From positions 608,001 through 672,000 of the forward strand of contig CAVZVA010000010.1 of NCBI GenBank assembly GCA_963778655.1: DNA of 64,000 nt, read 5' to 3'. The position numbers and the translations under genes are program-made. The notes beneath the pieces were generated by a model. It saw nothing but the letters and a program-made list of their open reading frames with translations, searched no databases and was not told where the DNA came from. Source of the stretch: an uncultured delta proteobacterium (GTDB lineage: Bacteria; Myxococcota_A; Polyangia; Polyangiales; JAFGIB01). Shown here in pieces: positions 23,285 through 35,556 of this stretch; the stretch's first letter is position 1; each line of letters starts with the position of its first letter.

Positions 23285-24770
23285 CGAGACCCAGCACGCG
23301 CCGCAACTGATTGCGAACGCTGAACGAGGCGTAACGCGTATCGATGCGGTCGAGGAGCAGGGCGCTGTAGTCGCGCCGTGCCAGCAGGAAATCGGTAAGG
23401 CTGAGCTGGCCGGCGTTGAATGCCAACTCGGCGGACTTCACCACCGAGCTCGAGAGCGGCAACAGCGTGCGCTCGAGCCGCTGCAGCGTCTGGTCGAGCG
23501 TCACCTTGCGCGCAAGCAGCGCGCGCGCGTCGGCGCGAAACCGGTTCTCGAGGGCGACGGCCTGCTCGTGCGCTTGCAACGCCTGCGCGGTGGAGGCGTC
23601 GGCCTGAGGGCCGCCGGTGTCGAAGAACGGCAGCGGAATCGAGGCGAAGACGCCGAGCGTGTCCCCTTGCGCGCCCGAGGCCTTGTAGAAGTCGCGGGTG
23701 TACGAGACGCCGACCGTGGGATCGGGGATAACGTGATGGCGCCACAGCCTGGCATCTTCCAAGGCGGCGTCGTGCTCCAGCTCGAACGCGCGCACTGCCG
23801 GCTGCTGCGCGGCGGTGAGCTCGCCTCGGGGAAGCTGCGCGGGCAGCTGGGCCGCGGCATCGAGCACGCTTTCATCGCCCCGCGTGCTGCATGGCGCGGC
23901 CAGCGCGGTCGAACAGTCGCCCAGCGCCGCATCGCGGTCGGCGCGGTTGTCGGCCGCCGCACGCTCCACCGCAGCCGTGTCGAGCCGCAGCCGATCGAGA
24001 TCGGTGCCGCTGATGTCGCCGTGTTGCAAGCGCACGCTCTCGAGGGCGATCATCTGGTGCGCCGCCCGCACGCGCTCCTCGAGAATCGACTGGCGCTGCT
24101 CGAGGTACAGGACTCGTGCCAGCGCGTCACGCGCGTCAGCCACGCGCTGCAAGAGCACGTCCCCGCGGCTCGCCCCTGCTTCCTCGGCGCGCAGGTCGGC
24201 CGCGGCGCTGCGTGGCCCGCGCTTACCGATCTCGAAGGTTTCCTGCAAGCCGGCGCCGAGGTTGATCGGATCGAGGTAGCTGGCGGCCGGCGGTTGCACC
24301 CGCCCGGGCACGAACCCGTTGGCGTTGAGCACGAGCTGCGGGTTCGGATACACGCGGCTCACGCGGCGCTCCGCATGCGCGGCACGCACCGCGGCGTCGG
24401 CCGCCAGCGCATCGGGGTGATGCGTACGAACCCATTGCACCAGCGCAGCGGGCCGGAGCAGCAAAGCCTGTGTGTCGACTGCGCCGGGCGGAACGGGGGA
24501 GGCGGGCGCGGGCGGGGCGAGCTGGTGGGCCGCACCGTCGGACCCAGGCGCCACGGCCGGCGCCGCGGACGGCGGCGCGGGGGCCGGCGCAGCGCCGCCC
24601 GCAGTGGTCACCGCGCCCGAGGTGGAGAGGGCCGGCGATTGGGTGATCGCCGAGGCGGGGCCACCCTGGATTGCTCCCTGGGCCCGAGCAAGCACAGGTA
24701 TGCTGGCGCCAGCCAGGAGCCACGCAGTAAAGACGGCGGCCGCGGTACAGAAGCGGGATGGCAAGCGCAT
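23262..24770 (-). CDS. czcC: TolC family outer membrane efflux protein (CzcC-like)
   Basis: Signal peptide, Pro/Ala linker, YPNPQL, EIGKRG, SIPLPFFD, GQLSLTDFL. Confidence 0.82.
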   Translation of the reverse strand: MRLPSRFCTAAAVFTAWLLAGASIPVLARAQGAIQGGPASAITQSPALSTSGAVTTAGGAAPAPAPPSAAPAVAPGSDGAAHQLAPPAPASPVPPGAVDTQALLLRPAALVQWVRTHHPDALAADAAVRAAHAERRVSRVYPNPQLVLNANGFVPGRVQPPAASYLDPINLGAGLQETFEIGKRGPRSAAADLRAEEAGASRGDVLLQRVADARDALARVLYLEQRQSILEERVRAAHQMIALESVRLQHGDISGTDLDRLRLDTAAVERAAADNRADRDAALGDCSTALAAPCSTRGDESVLDAAAQLPAQLPRGELTAAQQPAVRAFELEHDAALEDARLWRHHVIPDPTVGVSYTRDFYKASGAQGDTLGVFASIPLPFFDTGGPQADASTAQALQAHEQAVALENRFRADARALLARKVTLDQTLQRLERTLLPLSSSVVKSAELAFNAGQLSLTDFLLARRDYSALLLDRIDTRYASFSVRNQLRRVLGLDARLVSP

Positions 24771-24787
24771 GAGGCTCGCCCCCGCTC

Positions 24788-24805
24788 ATGCACTACCCAT
24801 GCCGA
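24788..24805 (-). promoter_or_regulatory. Candidate sigma-54 promoter of the czcC-led operon
   Basis: Minus strand TCGGCATGGGTAGTGCAT, GG-N10-GC, about 18 nt before the czcC ATG. Confidence 0.6.
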
Positions 24806-24867
24806 GCCCAAGTCGGCCAAAATCACGCGAGAGAGCCGGCCTGCCGGGCCAGCATCGCTCGTGAAGC

Positions 24868-24914
24868 TGAAGACTCCTTTCAGTTTCGCGCCTGAGGCAC
24901 GAAAGGTTCTTTCA
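24868..24914. promoter_or_regulatory. Two candidate enhancer (UAS) boxes, YGAA-N7-TTCA
   Basis: TGAAGACTCCTTTCA (24868-24882) and CGAAAGGTTCTTTCA (24900-24914), 32 bp apart. Confidence 0.5.
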
Positions 24915-24935
24915 TTCGGGCGCGCGCGGGCCGAC

Positions 24936-25808
24936 TCATAGCGTGCTCACGTCGACCGAGACCCCCAGCCGATGCCGGCCGCCGCCCAGGATCACGCCGC
25001 GGATCGGGGTCACGTCGGAGAAGTCGCGGCCGAAGGCCACCGTGATGTGCTCGTCGGAGGGCAGCATGTCGTTGGTGGGGTCGAAGTCGACCCAGCCGAG
25101 CTCGGGCACGAAGGCGGCGAACCAGGCGTGCGAGGCGTCCGCGCCGACCAGCTTGGGCTTGCCTGGCGGAGGCAGCGTGAGCAGGTAGCCGCTGACGTAG
25201 CGCGCGGCCAGCCCCTGCGAGCGCAGACACCCGATCGCGAGGTGCGCGAAGTCCTGGCACACGCCGCGGCGCAGCCGCAGCACCTCGTCGAGCGGAGTCG
25301 ACACGTCGGTGGCGCGCGGATCATAGCTGAAGTCGGTGCGGATGCGCGCCACCAGGTCACGCACAGCCTCCAGCACGGGCCGTTCCGCGCCGAAGGAGCG
25401 TACCGCGTAATCCGACAGCTCCGCCGAACGCTTCACCTGCTCGGACTCGAGCGCCATCGCGTAGGCGTCGAGCATGTCGCGCTTGCGGTCGCTGCACAGA
25501 CGGTCGCGCACGCGCTCCCAAGGCGGCGAGGCCTCGAGCACCGGCTGGCGCAGCGGATTGACCTCGACCACGCTGTGCGCCAGCACCTCGAGCTCGCGGT
25601 GCGGCTCGCTCAGGCTGAAGTGCACCGCGCGGTTGCCGAAGTAGTCGAAGCGGCGGCGGCGCGCCTCGGGCGGCGGGCGAACCTGGAGCTCGTGCGAGAA
25701 CAGGCGCTGATTGTGGGTGTCACGTGGTGTGATGCGCGCCTCGTGGTGTGAGGTCGTGACCGCCTCCCCGTAGTAGTACGTCGTCTTGTGCACGACCTTG
25801 AGCTTCAT
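24936..25808 (-). CDS. Transglutaminase-like family protein
   Basis: VVHKTTYYY, DYFGN, GVCQDFAH (Cys), SHAW (His), FDPTN (Asp). Confidence 0.92.
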   Translation of the reverse strand: MKLKVVHKTTYYYGEAVTTSHHEARITPRDTHNQRLFSHELQVRPPPEARRRRFDYFGNRAVHFSLSEPHRELEVLAHSVVEVNPLRQPVLEASPPWERVRDRLCSDRKRDMLDAYAMALESEQVKRSAELSDYAVRSFGAERPVLEAVRDLVARIRTDFSYDPRATDVSTPLDEVLRLRRGVCQDFAHLAIGCLRSQGLAARYVSGYLLTLPPPGKPKLVGADASHAWFAAFVPELGWVDFDPTNDMLPSDEHITVAFGRDFSDVTPIRGVILGGGRHRLGVSVDVSTL

Positions 25809-28402
25809 GGCGAGCCCCGTCCTGATTGCGTGCGCGTCGCTTCGTCGATGTTCTCGTCCTGCGTGAGATGGCGCGAAACGGTGGCGTGCGCCAGATAGCG
25901 ATCGGAGAGCGAGTCCGAGAGCGCCGGGATGCGCATGGCCAGGTCGAGCAGCAGCGTCTCCAGCCGCGGCCGGTTGCCCTGCTCGTCGGGCGCACAGGCG
26001 CGATCGACGTCGGTCAGCTTGAGGTCGGTCAGCACCGACAGCGCGATGCGCTGCTGCTGCGTGCGCGGGCCATGTCCGCTGACCGGCAGCGCCTCGATGT
26101 GCCGCATCAGCTCTTCCACCTGGTACAGCACCGAGCGCGGGTTGGTCTCGTCGGTGAGCAGCAGATCCACGACCGGCGCGACCTGCAGCGTGGTCAGATA
26201 GCGGCGGCGGTAGGTCATGCTGCTGTCGGCGGTCTCGAGCAGCGCCTCGAGCAGCGGCGCCTCACGGTCGCAGCGCGTGGTCAGGCTACCGCGCAGCAGC
26301 GTGACCAGTCCCATCGCACGCTCCAGGCGCCGGCCCATCTCCAGAAAGCGCCAGGCCTGCCCGCGCGTCATGCTGTCCATCACCAGGCCGCTGAACGCGA
26401 CCAGCCGCAGCACCAGGCGGTTGAGCACTTCCTGGGTGGAGCCGAGCGGATCGTGCTCGAGGTCGCGCTCGGCGGCGTGCAGCTCGTCGTCGAGCGCGGC
26501 CAGCACGCGCCAGGTGTCGGTGGAGATGCGGTCGCGCACCAGCCGCCCCGAGCGCAGCGTGGCGCGCAGCACGACCTTGAGCGTGCCGCCGCCATCCTCG
26601 CCGAAGACCGAGAACCGCAGCTGTTCCTCGGCGGCCCGCAGGCTCACGGCGGTGTCGGCCAGCGGCGCCGTGTACGACAGCGCGGTCTGCGCGCTGAGCG
26701 CGCGCAGCAGCGGCGCCAGCTCCGAGCTGCGGTCGATCTCGGCCTGGGCCACCAGCTCGTACAGGCGCGAGCAGGCCACGCGCGCCAGGCGCGCGACCGC
26801 CTCGGCGCGCTCGGCATAGCGCCCGAGCCAATACAGGTTGTCGGCCGCGCGGCTCGGCAGGTCGCCGCCGCCGCGCGACAGCTCCACCGGGCGGTTGCTG
26901 GGCGGCAGCAGGCTGAAGCTGGTAACCGAGCCGCGCGACAGCACCCAGGTGTCCTTGCTGCCGGCGCCGAGCTGCATCGACAGCTCCGTACCCTCCTCGG
27001 CAGCGGCTACGCGCGACAGCGCGCCGGGCATCGCCGCGTAGCCGCCGCGTCCGGCGACCGCGAAGCAACGCATCACCAGGGCGCGAGGGATCAGCGCGCG
27101 CTCGGAGAGCGAGGGCGTGGTGGAGGCGCGCACGTGCTCCTGGATCACGTAGCGGGTGGGACGCTTGTGGATCTCCGCCAGCAGCGCGGCGCGCTGGTTG
27201 GCATCGAGCTGGGCCGTGAACACCGGCTGCGCGAAGGCCTGTCCGAACGCGGCCTTCACCGCCACGTCGTCGAAGCTGCTCTCGGCCTGGCGCAGCGCGC
27301 TGGCGTCGCCGCACCAGAAAGTGCGCACCGACTCGAGCTGCAGCTCCTCGCCGAGCAGCGCGCGGCAGAGCCCGCCCAGGTAGGGCAGGATGGCGTGGGA
27401 CTGCAGCAGCCCGGTGCCAAGCGGGTTGGCGAGCGCGACGTTGCCCGCGCGCACGGCCTGGGTCAGCCCGGGAACGCCGAGCACCGACTCGGGCCGCAGC
27501 TCCAGCGGGTCGCAGTAGTCGTCGTTGACGCGGCGCAGGATCACGTCGACCGGCTGCAGGCCGCTGAGGGTCTTGAGGAACACGCGATCGGCGCGCACCG
27601 TGAGGTCGCCGCCGTTGACCAGGGTGTAGCCGAGGTACTGCGCCAGGTAGGCCTGCTCGAAATAGGTCGCGTTGTACGGCCCCGGCGTGAGCAGCACGAT
27701 GCGCGGGTTGTCGCGGTTGTGCGGAGCGAGCGCCTGCAGCATGTCGCGCAGCGTGCGAAAGAAAGGCGCCAGCCGCTCGACCCCGCACTGGCGAAAGGCA
27801 TCGGGCAGCACGTTGGAGATGACGATGCGGTTCTCGAGCGCGTAGCCCGCGCCCGAGGGCGCCTGGGTGCGATCCTCGAGCACCACGAACTGCCCCGAGG
27901 GCAGGCGCACCAGGTCGGCCGCGTATAGCGGCAGCCAGGCGTTGTCCGGCAAGCTCATGTCGTGGCACGCGCGCAGGAAGCGCGGATTCTCGAACACCAG
28001 CTCCGGCGGCAGTAGATCCTCGAGCAGCACCCGCTGCGGGCCGTACAGATCTTGCAGCAGCGCCTCGAGCAGGCGCGCCCGTTGCACCAGACCGCTCTCG
28101 ATGCGCTGCCACTCGTCGGCCGAGACCACAGCCGGGATCAACGACACGTTCCACGGCCGCTCCATGCCCTGCGGATCGCCGTAGACGTTGTAGCTGACGC
28201 CGTTCTCGTGCAGCAGGTGGCGCGCCTTGTCCCAGCGTCGAGCCAGCTCGGGTGAGCCCAGCGGGTCGAGCAGCGAGAAGAGCTTCAGCCAGTGCGGCCG
28301 CAGCCTGCCCTGCTCGTCCTTGAGCTCGTCGTAGACGCCGGGCGGCGGCTGATAGGACTGCGCCAGCGCGGACGCGGGCCTCGACATCGGGTTCTCGGAC
28401 AT
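25805..28402 (-). CDS. Circularly permuted type 2 ATP-grasp fused to alpha-E domain
   Basis: EDRTQAPSGAGYALENR, TYFEQAYLA, GSKDTWV, then LYWLGRYAERAE and MGRRLER (alpha-E ER motifs). Confidence 0.9.
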   Translation of the reverse strand: MSENPMSRPASALAQSYQPPPGVYDELKDEQGRLRPHWLKLFSLLDPLGSPELARRWDKARHLLHENGVSYNVYGDPQGMERPWNVSLIPAVVSADEWQRIESGLVQRARLLEALLQDLYGPQRVLLEDLLPPELVFENPRFLRACHDMSLPDNAWLPLYAADLVRLPSGQFVVLEDRTQAPSGAGYALENRIVISNVLPDAFRQCGVERLAPFFRTLRDMLQALAPHNRDNPRIVLLTPGPYNATYFEQAYLAQYLGYTLVNGGDLTVRADRVFLKTLSGLQPVDVILRRVNDDYCDPLELRPESVLGVPGLTQAVRAGNVALANPLGTGLLQSHAILPYLGGLCRALLGEELQLESVRTFWCGDASALRQAESSFDDVAVKAAFGQAFAQPVFTAQLDANQRAALLAEIHKRPTRYVIQEHVRASTTPSLSERALIPRALVMRCFAVAGRGGYAAMPGALSRVAAAEEGTELSMQLGAGSKDTWVLSRGSVTSFSLLPPSNRPVELSRGGGDLPSRAADNLYWLGRYAERAEAVARLARVACSRLYELVAQAEIDRSSELAPLLRALSAQTALSYTAPLADTAVSLRAAEEQLRFSVFGEDGGGTLKVVLRATLRSGRLVRDRISTDTWRVLAALDDELHAAERDLEHDPLGSTQEVLNRLVLRLVAFSGLVMDSMTRGQAWRFLEMGRRLERAMGLVTLLRGSLTTRCDREAPLLEALLETADSSMTYRRRYLTTLQVAPVVDLLLTDETNPRSVLYQVEELMRHIEALPVSGHGPRTQQQRIALSVLTDLKLTDVDRACAPDEQGNRPRLETLLLDLAMRIPALSDSLSDRYLAHATVSRHLTQDENIDEATRTQSGRGSP

Positions 28403-28417
28403 GCCGGCCGCATCCTA

Positions 28418-31400
28418 TCAGGCGGCAGGGGCCCGGCGCAGGTCGAGTGTCAGAGGCAACTCGTCGCTGCGCTCCTGTGGCGGGAGCGGATGGCGGCCGG
28501 GGGTGTGTCCGAAGGGGATGTAGCGCGTGCGGCGGCGGGCTTCGGCTTCCAAGGCGTTGTGGGGGAAGGTCTCGTAAGCGAGCCCACCGGGATGGGCCAC
28601 GTAATACGTGCAGCCGCCGAGCGCGCGCTCCGACCAGGCGTCCAGCAAGTCGAACACCAGCGGCGCGTGCACGCCGATCGTCGGGTGCAGCGCGGTCGGC
28701 GGCTGCCAAGCGCGATAGCGCACCCCGGCAACGTACTCGCCGCTGGTGCCGGTCGGGTGCAGGGGAACTCGGCGGCCGTTGCACGCCACCACGTGGCGCG
28801 GATCGGTCATGTTGCTGACTTTGACCTGCACGCGCTCGACCGAGGAGTCCACGTAGCGCACGGTGCCGGCCTGCGCGTGCTGCTCGCCAAGCACGTGCCA
28901 GGGCTCGAGCGCCTGGCGCAGCTCCAGCTCGAGCCCCGAGACCGCGACCCGCCCGAGCAGCGGAAAGTGAAACTCGATGTGCGGCTCGAACCAGCGGCGG
29001 TCGAAGGCGAAGCCCGCACGGCCGAGATCATCGAGCACGTCGTAGAAATCGCTGACCAGGAATTCCGGCAGCATGAAGCGGTCGAGCAGGGTGGTGCCCC
29101 AGCGTACGATCTCGCGCTGGTACGGCTCACGCCAGAACCACGCCAGCAAGCCTCGCACCAGCAGCTGCGCCGCGCAGCTCATCTTCGAGTCGGGCGGCAT
29201 CTCGAACGCGCGCATCTCGATCAGGCCCTGGCGGCCCGCCGCGCTGTCCGGGCTGTACAGCTTGTCGATGCACAGCTCGGTGCGGTGGGTGTTGCCGGTA
29301 ACGTCGACCAGGAGGTGGCGGAACACCCGATCGACCAGCCACGGCGGCGCGTGATCCGCTCCCGCTTGCAGGGCCCCGAAGGCGATGTCGAGCTCGTACA
29401 GGCTGTCGTGGCGCGCCTCGTCGATGCGCGGTGCCTGGCTGGTCGGCCCGATGAACAGGCCGGAGAACAGGTACGACAGCGAGGGGTGATTGAGCCAGTA
29501 GCCGAGCATGCTGCGCAGCAGGTCGGGGCGGCGCAGAAACGGGCTGTCGGGCGCGGTCGGACCGCCCAGCGTGATGTGGTTGCCGCCGCCAGTGCCCACG
29601 TGGCGGCCGTCGAGCATGAACTTCTCGCTGGCCAGCCGGCAGGCCTTGGCCTCCTCGTAGAGGATCGTGGTGGTGTCCACGAGCTCGGACCACGACGCCG
29701 CAGGGTGGATGTTGACCTCGATCACGCCCGGGTCGGGCGTGACCTGGATGCGCTGCACGCGCGGATCGCCCGGCGGGTGATAGCCCTCGATGCGCACCGG
29801 CAGCGCCAGCTGCGTGGCCGTGTCCTCGATCGCAGAGATCAGGTCGAGGTACTCCTCGAGCAGCTCCAGCGGCGGCATGAACACGTGCAGCATCCCGTTG
29901 CGCGGCTCCACGCACAGCGCGGTGCGCGCGAGCCCGCCGGCCGACTGCCCGGAGCGCGGCCGCGCAAGCCCGTACGCGCCCGCACCCACCGCGGCCGCCT
30001 CGCGCGGCGATAGCGGGGCCGGCGCTCGCCGCGAGAGCTGCGCCCGCACAGGCAGCGGGGGCCGCGCCGCCATCGGATCGCGCTCGAACACCGGCACGCG
30101 GTCGCCCTCCGCCTGCCAGGGCAGCGAATCGAGCGGCAGCCGCCAGCCCATCGGCGAATCGCCCGGAATCAGATACATGCGCTCGTCGCGCAGGAACCAC
30201 GGGCCGCTCTGCCATGACAGCTGGCCGTGCTCCCAGCTGGGCTGCAGCGGCAGCGCGTAACCGATCACCTGGCTGAGCCCGTTGCTGAAGATGCGGCGCA
30301 GCCGCTCCCGCTCCAGCGGGTCTTCCAGCCTGGACTCCAAGGGATCGACGTTGACCGGCAGCCGCCGCTCGCGCCACAGGTAGTAGAACGTGTCCTCGAA
30401 GCCGGGCTGGATATGGCTGCCCCCGACGCCCAGCCGCTCGGCCAGCGCGCGCACGAAGCCGTCGGCGTCGGGCGCGCCGTGGTTGCGCACGCCGGGCTGC
30501 GCGAACAGCTCGGGCTCGCGCCAGATCGGCTCGCGATCCTTGCGGAAATAGCACGAGTACGCGAAGCGCGGCAGCTGCTCGCCCGGGTACCACTTGCCCT
30601 GGCCGTGGTGCAGCAGGCCGCCCGGCGCGAAGCGGCGCTGCAGCCGCCGAACCAGCTGGTCGGCGTACTTCTCCTTGGTCGGCCCGACCGCGGTGGTGTT
30701 CCACTCGTCGCCGTCCGGATCGTCGATCGCGACGAAGGTGGGCTCGCCGCCCATCGTCAGCCGCATGTCCTGCGCGGCCAGCACGGCATCCACCTGCTGC
30801 CCGCAGGAGCGCAGCGCCTGCCACTGCGCCTCGTCGTAGGGCTTGGTCGGACGCGGGCGGTCCTCGATGCGGGTGACCCGCATCGTGACCTCGAAGTGCT
30901 CCTCGACCTCGTCCTGCTCGTGCCCCTTGTCCCAAGCATATGAGCCGCTGATCGGCGCGGCGGTGTCGGGCTCGGCCGTGCACGCCAGCGGAATGTGCCC
31001 TTCGCCGCACAACAGGCCGCTGGTCGCGTCGAGCCCGATCCAGCCGGCGCCGGGCAGGTACACCTCGGCCCAGGCGTGCAGATCGGTGCAGTCGTGCTCG
31101 ACCCCGGGCGGGCCGTCGATCGCGAGCTGGTCGGCCCTGAGCTGGATCGAGTAACCGGAGACGAAGCGGGCGGCAAAGCCGGTGTTGCGCAGCACGTGCA
31201 CCAGCAGCCAGGCGAAGTCGCGGCACGAGCCGTGGCCGCGCTGCAGCGACTCCTCGGGCGAGAACACCCCCGGCTCCATGCGGATGTCGTAGCGCAGCGA
31301 GCGCTGGATCAGCTGGTTGATGTCGACCAGCACGTCGACGCTGCGGCGACCGGGCCGCACCATGTCATCGGCGACCCGACGCACCAGCTGCATCAGCCGC

Positions 31401-31777
31401 GGCCCGCTCTGGCTCAGCTCGAGGTAGGGGCGCAGCTCGCGCGCGACCGCGCCCTCGTAGCGGAACGGAACCTTCTCGGCGTGCTCCTCGACGAAGAAGT
31501 CGAACGGGTTGATGGTCGCCAGATCGGCGATCAGCTCGACCTCGACGCTGAGCTCGCGCGCCAGCGGCTTGGGAAAGACCAGCCGGGCCTGCCAGTTGCC
31601 GAACGGGTCCTGCTGCCAGTTCAGCCAGTGGTCCTCGGGCGTGATGCGCAGCGAGTACGCGCTGATCGGCGTGCGGGTGTGCGGCGCGGGCCGCAACCGA
31701 ACGACGTGCGGTGCCAGCCGCACCAGCCGGTCGTAACGGTAGCGAGAGAGGTGATGGAGAGCGACGCGGATGGCCAT
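28418..31777 (-). CDS. Transglutaminase domain + DUF2126 putative amidoligase
   Basis: [18 protein letters not shown]; then [41 protein letters not shown]. Confidence 0.9.
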   Translation of the reverse strand: MAIRVALHHLSRYRYDRLVRLAPHVVRLRPAPHTRTPISAYSLRITPEDHWLNWQQDPFGNWQARLVFPKPLARELSVEVELIADLATINPFDFFVEEHAEKVPFRYEGAVARELRPYLELSQSGPRLMQLVRRVADDMVRPGRRSVDVLVDINQLIQRSLRYDIRMEPGVFSPEESLQRGHGSCRDFAWLLVHVLRNTGFAARFVSGYSIQLRADQLAIDGPPGVEHDCTDLHAWAEVYLPGAGWIGLDATSGLLCGEGHIPLACTAEPDTAAPISGSYAWDKGHEQDEVEEHFEVTMRVTRIEDRPRPTKPYDEAQWQALRSCGQQVDAVLAAQDMRLTMGGEPTFVAIDDPDGDEWNTTAVGPTKEKYADQLVRRLQRRFAPGGLLHHGQGKWYPGEQLPRFAYSCYFRKDREPIWREPELFAQPGVRNHGAPDADGFVRALAERLGVGGSHIQPGFEDTFYYLWRERRLPVNVDPLESRLEDPLERERLRRIFSNGLSQVIGYALPLQPSWEHGQLSWQSGPWFLRDERMYLIPGDSPMGWRLPLDSLPWQAEGDRVPVFERDPMAARPPLPVRAQLSRRAPAPLSPREAAAVGAGAYGLARPRSGQSAGGLARTALCVEPRNGMLHVFMPPLELLEEYLDLISAIEDTATQLALPVRIEGYHPPGDPRVQRIQVTPDPGVIEVNIHPAASWSELVDTTTILYEEAKACRLASEKFMLDGRHVGTGGGNHITLGGPTAPDSPFLRRPDLLRSMLGYWLNHPSLSYLFSGLFIGPTSQAPRIDEARHDSLYELDIAFGALQAGADHAPPWLVDRVFRHLLVDVTGNTHRTELCIDKLYSPDSAAGRQGLIEMRAFEMPPDSKMSCAAQLLVRGLLAWFWREPYQREIVRWGTTLLDRFMLPEFLVSDFYDVLDDLGRAGFAFDRRWFEPHIEFHFPLLGRVAVSGLELELRQALEPWHVLGEQHAQAGTVRYVDSSVERVQVKVSNMTDPRHVVACNGRRVPLHPTGTSGEYVAGVRYRAWQPPTALHPTIGVHAPLVFDLLDAWSERALGGCTYYVAHPGGLAYETFPHNALEAEARRRTRYIPFGHTPGRHPLPPQERSDELPLTLDLRRAPAA

Positions 31778-31923
31778 AGGCGGCCTTTAGCAGTTAGTCG
31801 TGCGCGTGTATCGGGATTGTTTCGGACCGGTCAAAACCGCGAAAATTCTCGGTCTTCCCGCTGTTTCTGCCCCTTTCACGGTGCTTAGATGGCAAGGTGT
31901 TACACCTGGTTTCCTCGCGGTCC

Positions 31924-33377
31924 ATGGGCGTTTTCGACTCCTACCAAGCGCTGGCTGGCAGCTTTGACGAGATGTTCGCCGCGGACAGCTCGGTGCGCCC
32001 GCACACGGCCCGGTTGCACGCGCTGCTGAACCGGCTCTCCACCGCCGACTTCGCCCGCCACCAGGGCCTGGCCGAGCTCTCGCTCTTCAACCAGGGCGTC
32101 ACCTTCTCGGTCTATTCGGACCGGCAGGGCACCGAGAAGATCTTCCCCATCTGCCTGGTGCCGCGTGTGATCGCCGCGCGCGAGTGGGCGCTGGTGGAAC
32201 GCGGCCTGGTGCAGCGCGTCGCCGCGCTCAACGCCTTCCTCGACGACATCTACGGCCGCCAGGCAATCCTGCGCGACAAGGCGGTCCCGGGGGACCTGGT
32301 GCTGGCGGCCAAGACCTACGAGCCGAAGCTGCGCGGCATCGCGCCTCCGGGTGGGGTGCGCATCCTGATCGGGGGCATCGACCTGATCCGCAGTCCCGAC
32401 GGCGTGTTCCGCGTGCTCGAGGACAACGTGCGCACGCCCTCGGGTGTGTCGTACGTGCTCGAGAACCGGCTGGTCACCAAGCGCCTGTTCCACGAGGCGC
32501 TGGAGATGACGCGGGTGCGCCAGATCGAGCAGTACCCGGCCGAGCTCGCCCACGCCATGCGCTCGATCGCGCCCGACGGCGACGACGAGGTGAGCATGGT
32601 CGTGCTGACGCCGGGCATCTACAACTCGGCTTACTTCGAGCACTCCTTTCTGGCCCGCCACATGGGCATCGACCTGGTCGAGCCCGCCGATCTGTTCGTC
32701 GACGACGACACCGTGTTCGTGCGCACCACGCATGGCCCCAAGCGCGTGCACGTGATCTACCGCCGCGTCGACGACGCCTACCTCGATCCGGAGTTCTTTC
32801 GCCCCGACAGCTTGCTGGGTGTGCCCGGGTTGATGCGCGCGTACGCGGCCGGCCGCGTCAGCTTGGTCAATGCGCCGGGCAACGGCTGCGCCGACGACAA
32901 GGCCGTCTACCCCTTCGTACCGGACATGATCCGCTACTACCTCAAGCAAGAGCCGCTGCTGGCGCAGGTCGACACCTACGTGTGCGCGCGTCCCGCCGAC
33001 AAGAAGTACGTGCTCGAGCACCTTGCCGAGCTGGTGGTCAAGGCGGTCGACGAGGCGGGCGGCTACGGCATGCTGATGGGCCCGCAATCGACCGCCGCGC
33101 AGCGCGAGGAGTTCCGCGCGCGCATCGAGGCCGAGCCTCGCAAGTACATCGCGCAGCACCGCATCGAGCTCTCCACCTGTCCCACATGGGACCCCGAGCA
33201 CGAGCGCTTCGCCCCGCGCCGCGTCGACCTGCGGCCGTTCGTCGTCAGCAGCAAGACGGGCACCTGGGTGCTGCCCGGCGGCCTGACCCGCGTCGCGCTG
33301 GTCGAAGGCTCGTACGTGGTCAACTCCAGCCAGGGCGGCGGCTCCAAGGACACCTGGGTGGAGCGCGAGGGCAACCC

Positions 33378-33381
<4 letters not shown>
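31924..33381 (+). CDS. Circularly permuted type 2 ATP-grasp protein
   Basis: LEDNVRTPSGVSY, NSAYFEH, YRRVDD, DDKAVY, GGLTRVAL, NSSQGGGSKDTWV. Confidence 0.92.
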
Positions 33382-34367
<986 letters not shown>

Positions 34368-34384
34368 CACAGGCAGGGGCGCGA

Positions 34385-34413
34385 TTGCGCCGCGGCGGCG
34401 GGTTGGCTATCGT
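34385..34413 (+). promoter_or_regulatory. Possible sigma-70-type promoter for the acetyltransferase-amidohydrolase pair
   Basis: TTGCGC-N17-TATCGT in the 112-bp gap. Confidence 0.35.
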
Positions 34414-34479
34414 GAAGGACGGGCGGGCGCTCGTCTCGCCGGCAGCGGTACAGCGAGCCGCCAGCACGGGGAGCCAAGC

Positions 34480-35556
34480 ATGAGCCACGGTCCCAAGCAC
34501 AAGGACCCGCCGGGCAGCCAGCCGCCGCACGGCGGGGCGTCTCAGCCGGCGCTCGTGCTCGCGCGTCCACCCGAGGCGGAGCCGGCGGCCGGCGATCCGC
34601 GCCCGGTGCATCCGACCGAGAAGGAGATGGGCCTGGTGCCGCTGGTGCTCGACAAAGGCATCCGCACCACCGCAATCGGCGTGCTCTACGGGCTCGACTT
34701 CGAGATCGCGGCCAAGGGCTTCAGCGCGCGGGTGTTCTTCGATCACTACAACCGCCGTCTCAAGGTGCTCGACTACCAGGCCGAACAGTATCGGCCGCTG
34801 GTGGAGCGGCTCGGCTGGCTGGCGGACCAGAACGGCTTCGACAAGGTGTTCCTGAAGGCCACCCGCGACGACTGGCAGCGCTTCCTCAGCCTTGGCTTCG
34901 TGCTCGAGGGCATTCTGAAGTACTACTTCCACGGGCAGGACGCGTTCGTGATGAGCCGCTTCGGCTCGCTGCAACGCGCGCAGAGCGCACACATCATCGA
35001 GGAAAACAGCCTGATCGAGGCGGTAATGCGCAAGCCGCCCGACGCTCGGCCGGCCACGCTTCCCGCCGGCTACACGCAGCTGCTGTGCGGCGAGCAGCAC
35101 ATCCCCGCGCTGGTGCGGCTCTACCGCCAGGTGTTCAGGAGCTACCCGAGCCCGCTCACCCATCCCGACTACATTCAGCAGACCATGCGCCGCAACGTGG
35201 TGTATCGGGCTGTGCTGACGCCGGACGGGCGCGCCGCGAGCGCGGCCAGCGCCGAGATCGACGACAAGCACGCCACCGCCGAGCTGACCGACTGCGCGAC
35301 CCGGCACTCCGAGCGCGCCAAGGGCCTGATGCAGGTGCTGCTCTCCGAGCTCGAGCGCGATCTGCGCGAGCGCGGCATGGTCTCTGGATATTCGTTTGCG
35401 CGTGCTCGCTCGCGCGGTATGAACCAGGTCTTCTATCGGCTGGGCTACGAGTACAGCGGCCGGCTGGTCAACAGCTGCGACATTCAAGGACAGATGGAAG
35501 ACATGAACCTGTGGGTCAAGGCGCTCGCCCCGAGCGCGCTAGAGAACCGACCGTGA
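34480..35556 (+). CDS. Putative beta-lysine N-acetyltransferase-like GNAT (AblB-like)
   Basis: DHYNRRLKV, VFRSYPSPL, AELTDCAT, ARARSRGMN, YSGRLVNSCDI, EDMNLW. Confidence 0.78.
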   Translation: MSHGPKHKDPPGSQPPHGGASQPALVLARPPEAEPAAGDPRPVHPTEKEMGLVPLVLDKGIRTTAIGVLYGLDFEIAAKGFSARVFFDHYNRRLKVLDYQAEQYRPLVERLGWLADQNGFDKVFLKATRDDWQRFLSLGFVLEGILKYYFHGQDAFVMSRFGSLQRAQSAHIIEENSLIEAVMRKPPDARPATLPAGYTQLLCGEQHIPALVRLYRQVFRSYPSPLTHPDYIQQTMRRNVVYRAVLTPDGRAASAASAEIDDKHATAELTDCATRHSERAKGLMQVLLSELERDLRERGMVSGYSFARARSRGMNQVFYRLGYEYSGRLVNSCDIQGQMEDMNLWVKALAPSALENRP

